A stretch of DNA of 64,000 bases from the human T2T-CHM13v2.0 reference genome, Homo sapiens. The notes under the pieces were generated by a model. That model was not told the DNA's origin, ran no database searches, and saw nothing but the letters and a program-made list of their open reading frames with translations. Positions 39,955 through 54,804 of this stretch are shown piece after piece. Both the position numbers and the translations under genes were made by a program. The stretch is taken from the NCBI RefSeq assembly GCF_009914755.1, contig NC_060927.1. The stretch is one strand, 5' to 3'. Each line of letters begins with the position of its first letter. Position 1 is the first letter of the stretch.

Positions 39955-42260
39955 TGTATTAGTCAGCTCTTGTATTGCTATAAAGAACTACCTGAGACTG
40001 GGTAACTTATAAAGAAAAAGGCTTAATTGAGTCACAGTTCCACAGGCTGCACAGGGATCATGGCCCAGGAGACCTCAGGAAACACAGTTATGATGGAAGG
40101 AAGAGAGTGAAGGAGGAGGTGCTACATACTTTTAAACCACCAGATCTTGTGAGAAGTCACTCACTATCATGAGAACAGCAAGGGAGAAGTCCACCCCCAT
40201 GATCCAGTCAGCCCCAGCCAGGCCCCAACTCCAATATTGGGGATTACAATTCCACATGAGATTTGGGTGGGGACACTAATCCAAACAATATCATTCTGCC
40301 CCAGCCCCTCCCAAATCCTGTGTCCTTCTCACATTGGAAGATACAATCATCCCTTCTCAACAGTTTCATTTCAGCATTAACTCAAAAATCCAAAGTCTCA
40401 TCTGAGACAAGACAAGTCCCTTCCACCTATGAGCCTATAAGATCAAAAAGAAGTTAGTTACTTCCAAGATACAATGGAGGTACAGGCATTGGGCAAATAT
40501 ATCCATTCCAAAAGGGAAAAATTAGCCAAAACAAAGGGGCCACAGGCCCCACGCAAGTCCAAAATCAAGCAGGGAAATCATTAAATCTTAAAGCTTCAAA
40601 ATGATATCCTTTGACTCCATGTCTCACATCCAGGCCACACCAATGCAAGGAGTGTGCTCCCAAGGCCTTGGGCAGCTCTACCCTGTTGCTCTACAGGGTA
40701 TAGCCCCCATGGCTGCTTTCACAGGCTGGCATTGAGTGCCTCCAGCTTTTCCAGGTACACAGTGCAAGCTGTTAGTGGATCTACCATTCTAGGGTCTGGA
40801 AGATTGTGGCCCTCTTCTCATAGCTCCAGTAGACAGTGCCCCAGTGGGGAATCTGTATGGGGGCTGCAACCCCACATTTCTCCTCTGCACTGCCCAATAG
40901 AGGTTCTCCATGAGGGCTCCATTCCTGTAGCATACTTCTACCTGGACATCCAGGTGTTTTCATACATCCTCTAAAATCTAGGTAGGGGCTCCCAAGCCTT
41001 AACTCTTGCCCTCTGCACATCCGCAGGCTTAATACCACATGGAAACCACCAATGCTTATGGCTTGCACCCTATGAAGCAGCAGTCTGAGACATATCTGGG
41101 CCCTTTTGGCCATGGCTGGGATGCAGGGAACAGTGTCCTGAAGTGGCACAGGGCAGCGGGGCCATGGGCCTGGCCCATGAAACCTTCTTTCCTCCTAGGC
41201 CTCCAGACCTGTGATGGGAGGGTCTGCCTCGACGGTCTCTAGAATGTGTTTGAGGCATATTCCTCATTGTCTTGGCTATTAATATTTGGCTCCTCTTTAC
41301 TTATGCAAATTTCTACAGCCTGATTAATTCCTTTCCAAAAAAATGGGGTTTTCTTTTCTACTACATGGTCAGGTCACAAATTTTCCAAACTTTTACGCTT
41401 CCCTTTGAAATGTAAGTTCCAGTTGCAGGTCATTTCTTTGATCACAAATATAAGCATATATTTGTAGAATCAGCCAGGCCACATCTTGAATGTTTTGCTG
41501 CTTAGAAACTGCTTCCACCAGATACCCTAAATCATTGCTATCAGGTTCAAAATTCTACATATCTCTAGGGCAAGGGCACAATGCCTCCAAGACCTTTGCT
41601 AATGCATAAGAAAATTGACCTTTGCTCCAGTTCCCAATAAGTTCCCCATCTTCATCTGAGGTCTCCTTAGCCTGGACTTCATTGTCCATATCAGTATCAG
41701 CATTTTCATCACAATAATTTAACAAGTCTCTAAGAAGTTCCAAACTTTCCCTTATCTTCCTATCTTCTTCTGAGCCCTCCAAACTGCTCCAAACTCTGCC
41801 CATTACCCGGGTTCCAAAGCTGCTTCCACATTTTCGGTATCTTTATAGCAATGCTCCATTCCTGATACCAATTTTCTGTATTAGTCTCTTCTCGCACTCC
41901 TGTAAAGAACTACCTGAGACTGGGTAATTTATAAAGAAAAGAGGTTTAATTGACTCACAGTTCCACAAGCTGTATAGGAAGCGTGGTTCAGAAGGCCACA
42001 GGAAACTTACAATCATGGAGGAAGGCGAAGAGAAAGAAGGCACGTCTTACGTGGCTGGAGTAGGAGGAAGAGAGTGAAGGGGGAGGTGTTACACACTTTT
42101 AAACAACCAGATCTTGTGAGAACTCACTCACTATCATGAGAACAGCAAGGGAGAGGTCTGCCTCCATGATCCAATCACCTCCTACCAGGCTCCTCCTCCA
42201 ACATTGGGGATTATGATTTGACATGAGATTTGGGTAGGGACACAACTCCAAACCATATCA
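39955..42260 (-). mobile_element. Full-length MaLR element (MSTA-like LTRs plus internal region) inserted in L1
   Basis: LTRs at 39955-40293 and 41877-42260 (tgtattagtc...aaccatatca) around ~1.6 kb of THE1/MST-int-like sequence; near-TSD atctc/atccc. Confidence 0.85.
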
Positions 42261-42614
42261 ATCCCATTTATATGAAATGTCCACAATAGATAAATCTATA
42301 GAGACATAAAATAGATTGGTGCTTGCCTAGTGCTGGACGTGACAGGAGGGTGTGAGTAAAAGAGGCAATGGAGTGATAGGTACAGGGTTTCTTTTTGGGG
42401 TGATGAAAATATTATAAAATTAGATTGTGGTTATAGTTGTATAACTCTTGAATATCCTAAAAATATATTGAATTTTCCATTTCCATTTTAAATGGGTGAA
42501 TCTTATGGTATGTGAATTATATCTCAATAAAACTGCAAAAAATGCACAATTTGCAATTGCAAAAATATGGAACCAGTCCAAATGCCCATCAATGAGTGGA
42601 TAAAGGAACTGTGG

Positions 42615-42653
<39 letters not shown>

Positions 42654-43261
42654 CATGGAATACTACTCAGCCATAAAAGGGAATAAAACAATGGCATTCT
42701 CAGCAACCTGGATGGAATTGGAGACCATTATTCTAAGTGAAATAACTCAGTAATGGAAAACCGAATATCATACATTCTCACTCATAAGTGGGAGCTAAGC
42801 TATGAGGATGCAAAGGCATAAGAATGATATAATGGACTTTGGGAACTCAGGGAAAGGGTGAGAGAGGGGTGAGGAATAAAAGGCTACCCATTGGGTACAG
42901 TGTACACTGTTCAAGTGATGGCTGCACCAAAATCTCAGAAATCACCACTAAAGAACTTATTTACATAACCAAATACCACCTGTTTCTCAAAAACCTATTG
43001 AAATTAATTAATTTTTAAAAACTGCTGAAATCAATAGTGAAAGGATGGACTATTCAATAATGACACAGTTAATTGAATATCATATTTTAAAAATTAGATC
43101 CTTACCTCACACTATAACATAACAATAAATTCCAGGTGAATTATAGACCAAATATGAAAAGCAAAATTTTAATATTTTAGAAGACAATTTTTATGACCTT
43201 AAGTTAGAAAATGATTTTTAAAAACAGGATGCAAAAACACTAATCATAAAGAGATATTTTA

Positions 43262-43515
43262 GGCCAAGCATGGTGGCTCACACCTGTAATCCTAGTACTT
43301 TGGGAAGCTGAGGCAGGTGGATCACTTGAGGTCAGGAGTTCAAGACAAGCCTGGCCAATAGGGTGAAACATGTCTCTACTAAAAATACAAAAATTAGCTG
43401 GAAATCGCTCGAACCCAGGAGGCAGAGGTTGCAGTGAGCTGAGATTGTGCCACTGCACTCCAGCCTGGGTGACAGAGAGAGACTCCACCTCAAAAAAATA
43501 AATAAATAAAAATAA
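43262..43515 (+). mobile_element. Alu with an internal right-arm deletion
   Basis: aaattagctgg jumps directly to aaatcgctcgaacccaggagg. Confidence 0.85.
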
Positions 43516-43541
43516 AGAGAGATTTTAATAAGGTGCATTAA

Positions 43542-43911
<370 letters not shown>

Positions 43912-44164
43912 TACCATGAATATTTTTTTAAAGGTAGCATCCAGAATTAATAATCTTCTCCAACAAATTTCATTAGTAGTCAGGGAACTGCAAATTAAAA
44001 TCAAAGTAAAATACTACTTTCCACTCATTAGACTAAAATCCATTCAAGTCTGATAATACCTAGTACTGAGTTGGAGTAATAGAAACTGCTAATGGGACAG
44101 TTAGTTGGTCATCACTTTGGAGAGAAATTAGTCAGTATCTAGTAAAAGTTAGTGATACACCTTC

Positions 44165-44516
44165 CATTTTCATCTGTTCTGTGCTGCTACCAAAGAATAC
44201 CTGAGACTAGGTAATTTATAAATAATAGAAATGTATTTCTAATGGTTCTAGAGGCTGAGAAGTCCAAGATTGAAGGGCCAGCCTCTGCAGAGAGCCTTCT
44301 TGCTGTGTCATGCCATGGCAGAAGGGCAAAGAGAGGGCAAGAGAGAGCAAAAGCAAATTCACAGCATCAATCCCTTTTATAATCAGCATTACTCTATTAA
44401 TGAGGGCAAGACCCTCATGGCCTAATCACCTCTAAAAGGTCACACCTCTTAATACTATTGCAATGGTAATTAAGTTTCTAATACATACTTTTTGGGAGAC
44501 ATTTTCAAACTATAGC
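44165..44516 (-). mobile_element. MST-type MaLR LTR
   Basis: Contains gaatacctgagactaggtaatttataaa...gagggcaagaccctcatggcctaatcacctc...aaactatagc. Confidence 0.7.
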
Positions 44517-45534
44517 GCCTACCCTATAGCCCAACATTTCTACTCCTAGGAGTATGCCCTAGAGAAATTCTGCATAAATATCTAAAGAGAGGCCATTGTT
44601 GCATTGTTAGGTACTGGAAAATTGGAATCAATTACTATGTCTACCAGCAGCAGAAGATGGCTTTTTAAAAGTTTTGGTTTATTCATGAAATGGAATATTG
44701 CATAAAGTATGCTCCATCTCACCAGATGAAAACATTTTTCACTAGGACTATTTCAAAAGTAGTCTTATCACTGGGCTTCTCTATTATGCATAAAAATTTT
44801 AAGTGAACATGTTCTTTGACCTAGTACTCCTACTTTTAGGAATTTGCCCAAAAGGGACAATTATACTACTGGGATAAATCTTTGAATCATAAAGTAAGTT
44901 GTAAATGGTACAAGCAGTATGTCTTATTTTTATTTAAAGCACATTAACAATATTACACATATAGTAAAAAATAAATAAATAAAACATGTGAATAATAAAC
45001 ACCCAATTTAGAACAAGTGTTGACAGTGGAGAGGGAAAGAGAGAGAAAGAAGGAGAAATGGGGAGTGGGAGCGGGTACACAAGGAAATTTTAGTTGCAGC
45101 TCCAAATTTTTACTTTTTACACAATGAAGCGAATATGGCAAAATAAGATTTGTTAAAGTTGGGCAGCAGGTACACAGATATTCTATCATTATCCTTTGAA
45201 TATTTCTGTAGATTTAAGTTGTCCATTAAAAAAATAAAATACACACATAATTTTTAAGATTAGTTTTTTCTATTTCCTGGCCTTCGCATGCACTGTTAAC
45301 TTTACCTGGAATTCTTTATGCAGTAATTAAGAGCAAAGGTGTAGAGCAAGACTGCTTGAGCTTGGATCCCAGCACTGAGTTGATTTAGGGAGAATAACTT
45401 AATCTCTTAATCCCAAGAGAAAATATGATATAATAGTTTTGAGCTCATAAAGTTTTCATAAGCATTAAATGTGACCTATATATGTAAAGCAATCTAACAG
45501 TGCCTATAGTATTTATAAGTGTCTGCATTACCAA

Positions 45535-45622
45535 ATTCATCATTATCATGGCATGTCATGTCACCATCCACTACATTACCATCACTGTCACCATCATCAT
45601 CATCACCACCACCATCATCATT
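45535..45622 (+). repeat. Degenerate (CAT/CAC)n trinucleotide repeat
   Basis: catcatcatcaccaccaccatcatca-type runs. Confidence 0.8.
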
Positions 45623-45821
45623 AACTCCCTTTGTCTAGTCAATTCATATTTGTTCTTCGTATTTTAGATACCTGTTAAAATATTTTTTCAAAGATGTCTA
45701 CTCTGATTCTTCAGTACAAATTTGATTTAATAAGATCCTATCATTTTGTCCAAATACTTATAAAAATTTGTAGTTCTATATTTAATGTGTTTTGTTTGTT
45801 TAACATCTCTCTCCTACATTG

Positions 45822-46332
45822 TGTTAAGTTTTTTAAAGAGAAGGTAAGGGTTAAAGAGAGACATAGAGAGAGAAAGAGAGACAGAGAGAGAGAGAGAGCG
45901 GTTCTACAGCAATACAGGTATATTAGAAAAACCTGCAAAGGTGGGGACCAGCTTAATGCCAGAGCCCCCCACTGCTTATAGGCTGAGGTACTTATAGGTC
46001 TGGGGGTACTTATAGGCCTGGGTGGGTGGGGTCTGAGCAGTATGGCTTGCTGCCCAAGAAGATGTTGATAAGACGTTCCCATGATGAGGCAGTTTGGTCC
46101 TTGCTTCCATAGAGTGTGATGCTTCTTGCACTTTTTCCCAGCAGAATGTGGTAGGGATGTTCCTTCAGGTGGGCCTTTGCCTGGCAGGGTATGATAAGGA
46201 TGTTCCTGTGCCTTGGAATCAGGTAGTTAGACAGGATGTTTCTCACAGCCTGAACCCCCATGGAATGTTTCACTTTGACCAGGGTCTGCGAAATAGCAGG
46301 GGGCTTACAAAATGGTGTAGTTTGGACTAACA
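45822..46332 (-). mobile_element. ERV1-class solo LTR (family not determined) with internal (GA)n
   Basis: TG...CA termini (tgttaag...ggactaaca), near-TSD cattg/ccttg, and internal short direct repeats. Confidence 0.6.
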
Positions 46333-46368
46333 CCTTGGAACACAAAAGTTTCTTGGGGCCAAGGCTGG

Positions 46369-46731
46369 CGTATTAGTCTGTTTTCACGCTGCTAGTAAAG
46401 ACATACCTGAGACTGGGTAATTTATAAAGAGAAAAGAGGTTTAATGGACTCACAATTCCACATGGCTGGAGGCCTCACAATCATGAGGGAGGCAAAGGAG
46501 GAGCAAAGGCACGTCTTACATGGTGGTAGGCAAGAGAACGTGTGCAGGGGAACTGCCCTTTATAAAACCATCAGATCTTGTGATACTTATTCACTATCAA
46601 AAGAACAGCACGGGAAAAATCTGCCTCCATGATTCAATTACCTCCCACCAGATTCCTCCCATGACATGTGGTAATTATGGGAACTACAATTCAAGATGAA
46701 ATTTGGGTGGGGACACAGTCAAACCATATCA
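46369..46731 (-). mobile_element. THE1-type solo LTR (MaLR)
   Basis: Ends aaaccatatca; perfect TSD GCTGG (46364-46368 / 46732-46736). Confidence 0.85.
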
Positions 46732-47139
46732 GCTGGGTATGTTTTATTCACCTTTTTATACCCATTGTCATGTCTTCTGGACAAACAATGGATGTAAAAT
46801 GGTATAGACTCCTGAGTACTCATTTGTTGAATGACAAATCTATGAACCATTTGACCAGTATGCAGCAGCCATTAAAATTATGTTTATGAATAATTTACAG
46901 CATGGAAAAATTTGGGGTTGCTAGTAGAAAAACAAAAAGGTACAAAAGGATATATATAATAAGCCTACAATGCCATATAAACAATACTAACAGCAAAAAC
47001 AAACCTATAAATTGGGGGAAGATGGGGCAGATAGAAGTAACCTAAAATACTAACATGTTGTTTTGGGGTCATGAAATTATAAATGATTATGCACCCCTTA
47101 ATTTTTACTTTCTATGTTTGATTTTTCTATGGTAAATGC

Positions 47140-50100
47140 ATTTTTATTGAGGTGGAATTCACATAACATGAAATGAAAAATTTAGTGGCATTTATTATAT
47201 TCACAATATTGTACAACCACTAGCTCTACTTCCAAAACATTTTCATCACTCCAAAATAAAACCTTGTACCCATTAAGCAGTTACTCCCCATTATTTCCTC
47301 TCTTAGCTCCTAGCAACCACCAACCTGCTTTCTGTCTCTAGGGATTTATTTATTCTGGATATTCCATAAAAATGGAGGCACAATATGTACCTTTTATGTC
47401 TGGCTTCTTTCACCAAGCATGTTTTTGAGGCTAATCCACATTGCAGCATGTATCAGTACTTCATTTCTTTTTATGAATAACTGTATACAGACCACAATTT
47501 GTTATCCATTTTTTGGTTTATGGACATTTGGGTTGTTTCCATCTCTCAACTATTGTGAATAGTGCTGCTATGTATATTTGTGTACAAGAATTTGGTTACC
47601 TATTTTCAATTCTTTTATGTATATATCTAAGATGAAATTTCAGGGTTATATGCTAATCCTATGTTTAGCATTTTTTTTTAGGAACCATTAAACTGTTTTC
47701 CAAATCTGATGCCCCATTTTATATTCCTACTAGCAATGTAAGCAAGTTCCAATTTCTCCATATCCTCAACAACACTTGTTATTTTCTATTTTTGTTATAG
47801 CCATTCTAATGAGTGTAAAGTGATATATCATTGTGGTTTTCTTTGCATTTTCCTTATGAACATTGATGTTGAGTACCTTTTCATGTACTTTTTGGTCATT
47901 TATATATCATCTTTGGAGAAATGTCTCTTCGTGTATGTTTTGCCCATTTTAAAACTAGATTGTCTTTGTTGTTGACATGCATGCATTCTTTAAATATTCT
48001 GCATACTAGGCCCTTATCAGATATATGATTTGCAAATGTTTTTTCTCATTTTACTGGCTGTCTTTTCACTTTATTGATAATGTCCTTTGATGCCCAAAAG
48101 TTGTTTATTTTGATGAAGCATATTTATCAATTTATTTCTTTTATTGCTCATGCTTTTGATGTCACCTCTAAGAATTTATAACCAAATCAGAGGTAATGAA
48201 GGTTTACCCCTCTATTTTCTTCTAAGAGTTTTATAGTTTTGACTCATTTACTTAGGTCGCTGATTCATTTTTAGTTAATTTTTGCATATGATGTGAGGAA
48301 GAGGTCCAACTTTACTCATTTGCATGTGGATATTCAGCTGTGCCAGCACCATTTGTGAAGAGTCTATCATCTCCTCATTTAATAATAGTATTGACACCTT
48401 TGTTGAAAGTCAATTGATAATAAATGTATGAGTTTATTTCTGGAATCTAAATTCTATTCCATTGATCTACATGTCTATCCTTGTATCAGTATCACACTAT
48501 CTTGATTACTGTAGATTTGTAGTAAGTTTTGAAACCAGAAAGTGTGAGTACTGCAATATTCTTCTTTTTCTTTTTTAAAGATTGTCAGGGCCTCTTGCAA
48601 TTTAATAGGGATATGAGGATTGACTTTTCTATTCTACAAAATTAAAATTTTGTTAGAGATTGCATTGACACTGTAGGTAGCTTTCAGTAACATTGCCATC
48701 TCAACAATTTTAAGTATTCTAATACATGAATATGAGCTTTCTTTCTCTTTATTTAGGTCTTCTTTAATTTCTTTCAGCAGTGTTTTGTAGTTTTGGGGTA
48801 CAAGTCTTTCACCTTTAAATTTTGGTGAAATTTATTCCTAGGTATTGCATTTTTTTATGCTATTGTAAATAAAATTATTTTCTCAATTTCCTGTTGGATG
48901 TTCATTGCAGGTGTATAGAAACTCAACTGATTCTTTGTGTTGATCTTATGCTGAGACCAGCTCAGTTGGGGAGACCCTAACCTAGAAGCACTAGAGGAAT
49001 TAAAGACACAAACACAGAAATATAGAGGTGTAAAGTGGGAAATCAGGCGTCTCACAGCCTTCAGAGCTGAGAGCTTCAAACAGAGATTTACCCACATATT
49101 TATTAACAGCAAGCCAGTCATTAGCATTGTTTCTATAGATATTAGATTAACTAAAAGTATCCCTTATGGGAAACGAAGGGAAGGGCTGAAATAAAGGGAT
49201 GGGTTGGGCTAGTTATCTGCAGCAGGAGCATGTCCTTAAGTCATAGATCACTCATGCTATTGTTTGTGGTTTAAGAATGCCTTTAAGCGGTTTTCTGCCC
49301 TGTGTGGGACAGGTGTTCCTTGCCCTCATTCCGGTAAGCCCACAACCTTCCAGCGTGGGCATTATGGCCATCATGAACATGTCACGGTGCTGCAGCGGTT
49401 TTTATGGCCAGTTTTGGGGCCAGTTTATGGCCAGATTTTGGGGGGCCTGTTCCCAACAATCTTATACCTTGCAATTTTGCTGAATTTGCTTGTTAACTTT
49501 GATAGTTTTTTTGAGGATTATTTGGGATTTTCTACATATCATGTCATCTGTGAATAAAGATAGTTTTGCTTCTTTCTTTCTCATTTGGATGCCTTTTATT
49601 TCCTTTTCTTGCCTAATTTCCCTGGCTAGAACTTCCAGTATGATGTTGAATAACCATGGTGAAATGGGCATTCTTGTCTTTTTCCTGATGTTAGAGAGAA
49701 ATTTTTCAGTCTTTAACCATTGAGTATAATGTTAGCTGTGGGTTTTTTACAAATATCTTTTATCATGTTGAGGAAGTTCCTTCCTACTCCTACTTCTTGG
49801 AGTGTTTTTGATATAAAGGGTATTTAATTTGTCAAATGCTTTTTCTGTGTCAGTTGAGATTATCATGTGAGATTTTTTTTCCTTCATTCTATTAGTGTTG
49901 ATGTTACATTGGTTGATTTTTTATGTTGTACTACATTTGCATTCTTTATATAAATTTCACTTGGTCATGGTGTATAACCCTTTTAATATGCCATTGGATT
50001 TAGTTTGCTAGTATTTTGTTTAGAGTTTTTGCATCTATATTCATAAGCAATATCAGTCCACAGGTTTTTTGTGGTTTATTTGTCTGGCTTTGCTATAATG

Positions 50101-50570
50101 GTAATGCTGTCTTCTTAGAATGAATGAGGGAGTGTTTTCTCCTCTTTCATTTTTTAAACGTTTGAGAAGGAGTGATATTAATTTTTCTTTAAATGTTTGG
50201 TAGAACTTACCAGTGAAGCCGTCTGGTTCTTAACATTTTTCTGTGTTGGGAGGTTTCTGATTACCAATTTGATCTCTTTAATTTTTACAGATCTTTTCAG
50301 ATTTTCTATTTCTTCTTGAGTAACTTTTTAGCAATTTATGTATTTTAGAAATTTGTTCATTTAATCTAGGTTATTTAATTTATTGGTGTGCATTTTTTCA
50401 TAGTATTATCTTATAATCTTTTAATTTTTGTAAAGTTGATAATGTCCCCACCTTACCTGATCTTAGTTATTTGTGTCTTCTCTGTATTCTTTTTGTCTTC
50501 TTCTTCTGTCTTAGCATAGCTAAAGGTTTGTCAACTTTGTTGATCTTTTAAAGAGTCAACTTTTGCTTTC
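47140..50570 (-). mobile_element. L1MB-like element (ORF2/3'UTR) interrupted by MER9
   Basis: ORF 49462-49671 (-) [27 protein letters not shown]...[10 protein letters not shown] is the L1 RT. Confidence 0.85.
48949..49458 (-). mobile_element. MER9 solo LTR inserted in L1
   Basis: Reverse complement of the 36557-37066 element, with a perfect TSD ATCTTA (48943-48948 / 49459-49464). Confidence 0.9.
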
Positions 50571-52815
50571 AGCATGCATTACTTTTTAAATAGAAATATA
50601 TACACCTAAGTTGCATTACAAAGGAGTTGTCCTCCACACACTTATTCTTTCCCACCATCAGAGGTTTATGGTCCCCGCAAAAGTCACCATCAGTTGGGCT
50701 CAACTCCAATCAGTCATGGTAGGTCAGGGTCCATCTCATTGTCTCCATCACTCATGCCCACCCAGGGTAAGTCTAATCATGTTCACCAATCAGAACCTCT
50801 GCCACATCAGCTCTGTGGGTTTCCTCTCATGCCATCTGTACCAACAATGAGCACAGTCTGGGTTTCCTGATGTTTTCTATAGCATGGTGCCCCTCCCTGG
50901 GACACCTCAGAAGCCACAATGATATTCATTAAACTTCTTCCTGCAAGTACTCCCTCTATTGCTCCTTCTACTCACCAAGCTTAGTGTCAGGGAATATGCT
51001 GGTGGGGAGTATGAATCTTAGCTTCTCACTCCCAGACTCGGCTCCCAACCTGCTGTTGCCAAGTCTTGGGGACATCTATAAATGCCTTCTAAATACCTGT
51101 CTTGGCCTATCCCCAGCCACAGATTCCTCCCTAGAGCAGGCTACCTCTGAGGCATCTATACTGAGATCTTAATCACAGAGACATTTAAAACATCTAGGCT
51201 ACAAAAGAATTCCTACTATAGGGTTCAAATGAATTTCTTTCCGTCACTTGAGACAGCTTTTTAGCAAGTACATGTATTAAAGATTCTGATTTCCCCTTTT
51301 TTCTCCTACAGTTTGTTTGGCCTAAAGGTATGACATCTAATCTGCTGCATTTACACTCTAAGTCAAAATTACCATTTTGTTCTTTTAATTTCTATTTCTA
51401 ATCATACATTCTTGTCTATTCCTGGTTCATCTGGAGACAAAGTTGAACTTAGAAGATGGAGGAGAAATTCTTATCTGCCCTCTGCTAGTTGACACTTCCT
51501 TTCCAAGAATCATTTGCAGTTGCTGGGCTTTCTTGCTGTGACTCTATGCCCTGTTGTGTTACTTTTTCATTTGTGACAAAAACAGTGGTAATAGTTTGCT
51601 TCATTTTTATTATGAAGACTTGACCAGGATAGGTAGGAACATAATTACTGCTTTTTCTGTGGGCATCATATTGGTCCAGATCATGTTTAACCAGAATTGA
51701 AGATGTAAAATCCTAGAACTCACTAATCTATTTTAGTGGGTCACAGGAAGCATGCAAACCATAAAAACCGCAATGAACCAAAAGCATCTGTGTTGACAAG
51801 AGGCAAGAATTTCTCTATTTTCTAAAGGCACTAACTGAACAAATCTATTGCCCATTACTTAGGAAATTGCTAAGGGCATCGTTAAAGTACTTCAGGCTGT
51901 TGAAAAACCTTTTCTGTCTTCTTGCCCCACCACCAATTCTCTCTAGCTATGCTTTCTCTCACATGTTCTTGCCATCCATGGAGTGGCAGAGAGGTTCTGA
52001 GTACAACTCTAACTTTCAGTTTCAATGGCCTAATCCCCAACTCAACTGCTGACCTTGAGTGTAAAAATAAACAAGATCTTAAACATCTTAGGGCCAGCAT
52101 TCTGGGTCTTCTTTTGTTATTTGGGGAGCATAAACTATTCTCATATCATTGGCTTGCAGAAAAATTGAGCTTCTCCTCTTCCTTGCCCCATGTCACCTTG
52201 AGGTGACCACAGCCCTGCCTTCTATGTAATCCTGCTTGGTCAGCAGGCACATCAGAGCTCAGTGGCTTGTGACATACTTTCCTTCAAGCCTGCTCGAAGG
52301 GCCATACTCATCATTGAGACTGGGAACCTTAGAAACCATGAACCCAGTGCCAATGGGTAGATACAGAATTCTCAAACTCATGAAAAAACATCCTTTTTAA
52401 CTCTCTCCGTGTGCATAAAGAATTCTAAGATGTACTGATCAAGATTCCCAATTTTCTAACTATCTATTAATATATGGACGAGGTAAGAAGAAAGTTGCAA
52501 GAAAAAAATTTGTTTGACTTGACGGTTGTGTGGTTATTTGCCACACTCCCCCAGATCCACTCTGAGTCCCAGGATGCTGATTTTAGGGGCTACATTGCCT
52601 AGACTGTCCATTGTTCCCTCTTCCCATCTGGTTCAGTCACTGGGAAGCACTGGTAGGAGGTCAGAGTGGGAGAAGGAGGTTAGGATACTTTCTGCCCCTG
52701 CTGTCCTACTGCTTTGCTGAACTTCTAGCAGTGGCTGAGCCATCAACCTGCAGCTCTCAATTCCAGCTGTCTGTAGCACTCAAGTGGTATTGTTTATTCT
52801 TTTGATCCTTCTAGC

Positions 52816-53388
52816 TGTTAAGGAAGAAAAAAATAATTTTTTCCTCAATGCTCATAAGTTCTTGGAATGGACCCCTGTAACAAAAGACAGATTAACACGA
52901 GAAAAGTTTATTAACGTACATATTTTATACGTACATAGGAGCTATCCAGGGAATGAATAATTCTTAAAAAGGTGACTTTGAATTCCAGCTCATATAGCAT
53001 CTTCAACAAAGTTCAGTAACATTTTAGAGATATGACAAGACAAAGAAAATGAACTTTGAGCCTCTAGGGACAGTGACTTGTAGGAAGGCAAAAGGAATAA
53101 ATGGAGGTAAAGGCTGGTTAGTAATACTTGTTAATGAAGATTCCTCTGGTGCCATCTCCAGGTCCACAAGGATTTAAATTTGTCTTCAGTGGTGAACCTT
53201 TGTTCACCCTGGCAGAAGGTGTGGAGGGGGGTGCAGATCCGTTTTGTCTTTGTAAGTCTATATCCTGCTTTTAGACAAATAAAGGGAGGGAAAAGAGCTT
53301 TCCTTCATCTGCTTCTTAATTGCCTTCAGCTCAACAATCCTTATGCAAAAGAGGTACATTTTAGGGTGTCAAATTCTGGTCTCCCACA
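52816..53388 (-). mobile_element. ERV1 MER4-group-like solo LTR ~2.2 kb upstream of CCR2 exon 1
   Basis: tgtta...ccaca termini, near 4-bp TSD tagc/aagc, and the acaaaagacagattaaca motif typical of MER34/MER39-like LTRs. Confidence 0.55.
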
Positions 53389-53988
53389 AAGCATAGGGAT
53401 GACAGACCACCTCACCATCCCTGTTGCTTCTTTTAAGCCTGCTCACCCCTCCAAAAATATTTTCATTCTATACTGTCTCTTCAAAATCTCAGCGGAGGGT
53501 GCCCTCTGTTATCCTGCCCTCTGTGTCAGTATAAGCCAAAGGTTTGAATCCTGGCTCTGCAACTATCTACCTCTGTGCCTCTCCTTGTTTATGAAATTAC
53601 AGGGCTGGAGACAAAGATCACAATGTGAAGACAAAATTGGAGAGCGGTCCTAATCAGCCAGAGCAAAATTTCTGGCTCTTGCTCTTCCCCATCCTGGGTT
53701 GAATCATAGGAACAGGTGGCAAGATGCCAGGGTCAGGAGATTCCAGAAGTGGCAGCAAGCTCAGTGTTACCAGGTCAGGGATGACCTGTCTTATTATTGA
53801 AATCTCAGAGATATGCTCCAATTCCGGCCCAGAGACACATTGAGAGACAACTGGGGAACTTGCTATGTTCCTGAACAGGCAATGAGCTGTCTTCCAAGAA
53901 AAAACCTGAGACCCTTCAAGTCTCAGGTCTTACTTAGCACATATACCAGGTCTTACACAGGACACATGGTTACAACTGACTGAAATCT

Positions 53989-54312
53989 GGGCTGGGTGTA
54001 GGAGCTCACACCTGTAATCCCAGCCCTTCAGGAGGCTGAGGCAGGCAGATTGCCTGAGCCCAGGAGTTCGAGACCAGCCCGGGCAACATGACAAAACCCC
54101 ATCTCTACAAAAAATAGTCAGGCATGGTGGCATGCACCTGTAGTCTCAGCTACTTGGGAGGCTGAGATGAGAGGATTGCTTGAGGTTGAGACTGCAGTGA
54201 AGCATGATCATGCCACCGCACTCCAGCCTAGGCAACAGAGCAAGATCTTGTCGCAAAAGAAAGCAAAAACACAACATAACACAACAACAACAACAACAAC
54301 AACAGCAAAAAA
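53989..54312 (+). mobile_element. AluJ-like with (CAA)n tail
   Basis: Diverged Alu dimer with a CAA microsatellite at ~54280-54305. Confidence 0.85.
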
Positions 54313-54804
54313 GCCAACTTCTTGAAATCTGGAAAGGACACCTGGACTGCCCTGAGCATTTGATTGTTGTTGGCTCTAGCAGTGGATGCATCCTTCAACC
54401 TCTGGCACTCTGCAGGGCTCAGACTGTTCTGTTCTGTTTGTTACCTGTGGAGTGCCTGCCAGACCCTGCTCTAGCTGCTTTAGGTCCATTTACCCTCATA
54501 GACCCCCAGTCTTGTTATTCATATTTCATATTTGGGAAATGGAAACTTAGAAACTTGCCAAGTCCACAGCATGAGATCCTGCCTCCGGTGTCTGCTGGAT
54601 TCCAGAAAGTGCCAGGGGCCAACTTAGATGACACCATGTTCTCTGCACAATCTTAGGAATGCTCCTAGTCTGATGTCCCCATTGCAAAATTTACATTATC
54701 TTTTAACAAAACGTCTTTCCAAGGAGGGGCATTTAAAATAACTGAGGTTCTTCTTGCTAAGGAAGTTCCTGACACAAGAGATAATTTAGCATTTCCTTTT
54801 CATT

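Larger units (their letters stand above)
38040..43010 (+). mobile_element. L1MB-like 3' portion interrupted by Alus and the MaLR, followed by a younger L1 3' end (~42545-43010)
   Basis: L1 ORF2 C-terminal and 3'UTR motifs; (TA)n(CA)n at ~42615-42652. Confidence 0.75.

Noticed and set aside
40654-41803. ORFs within the MaLR internal region
   Set aside because: Fragmented remnants of the THE1/MST internal ORF, common genome-wide.
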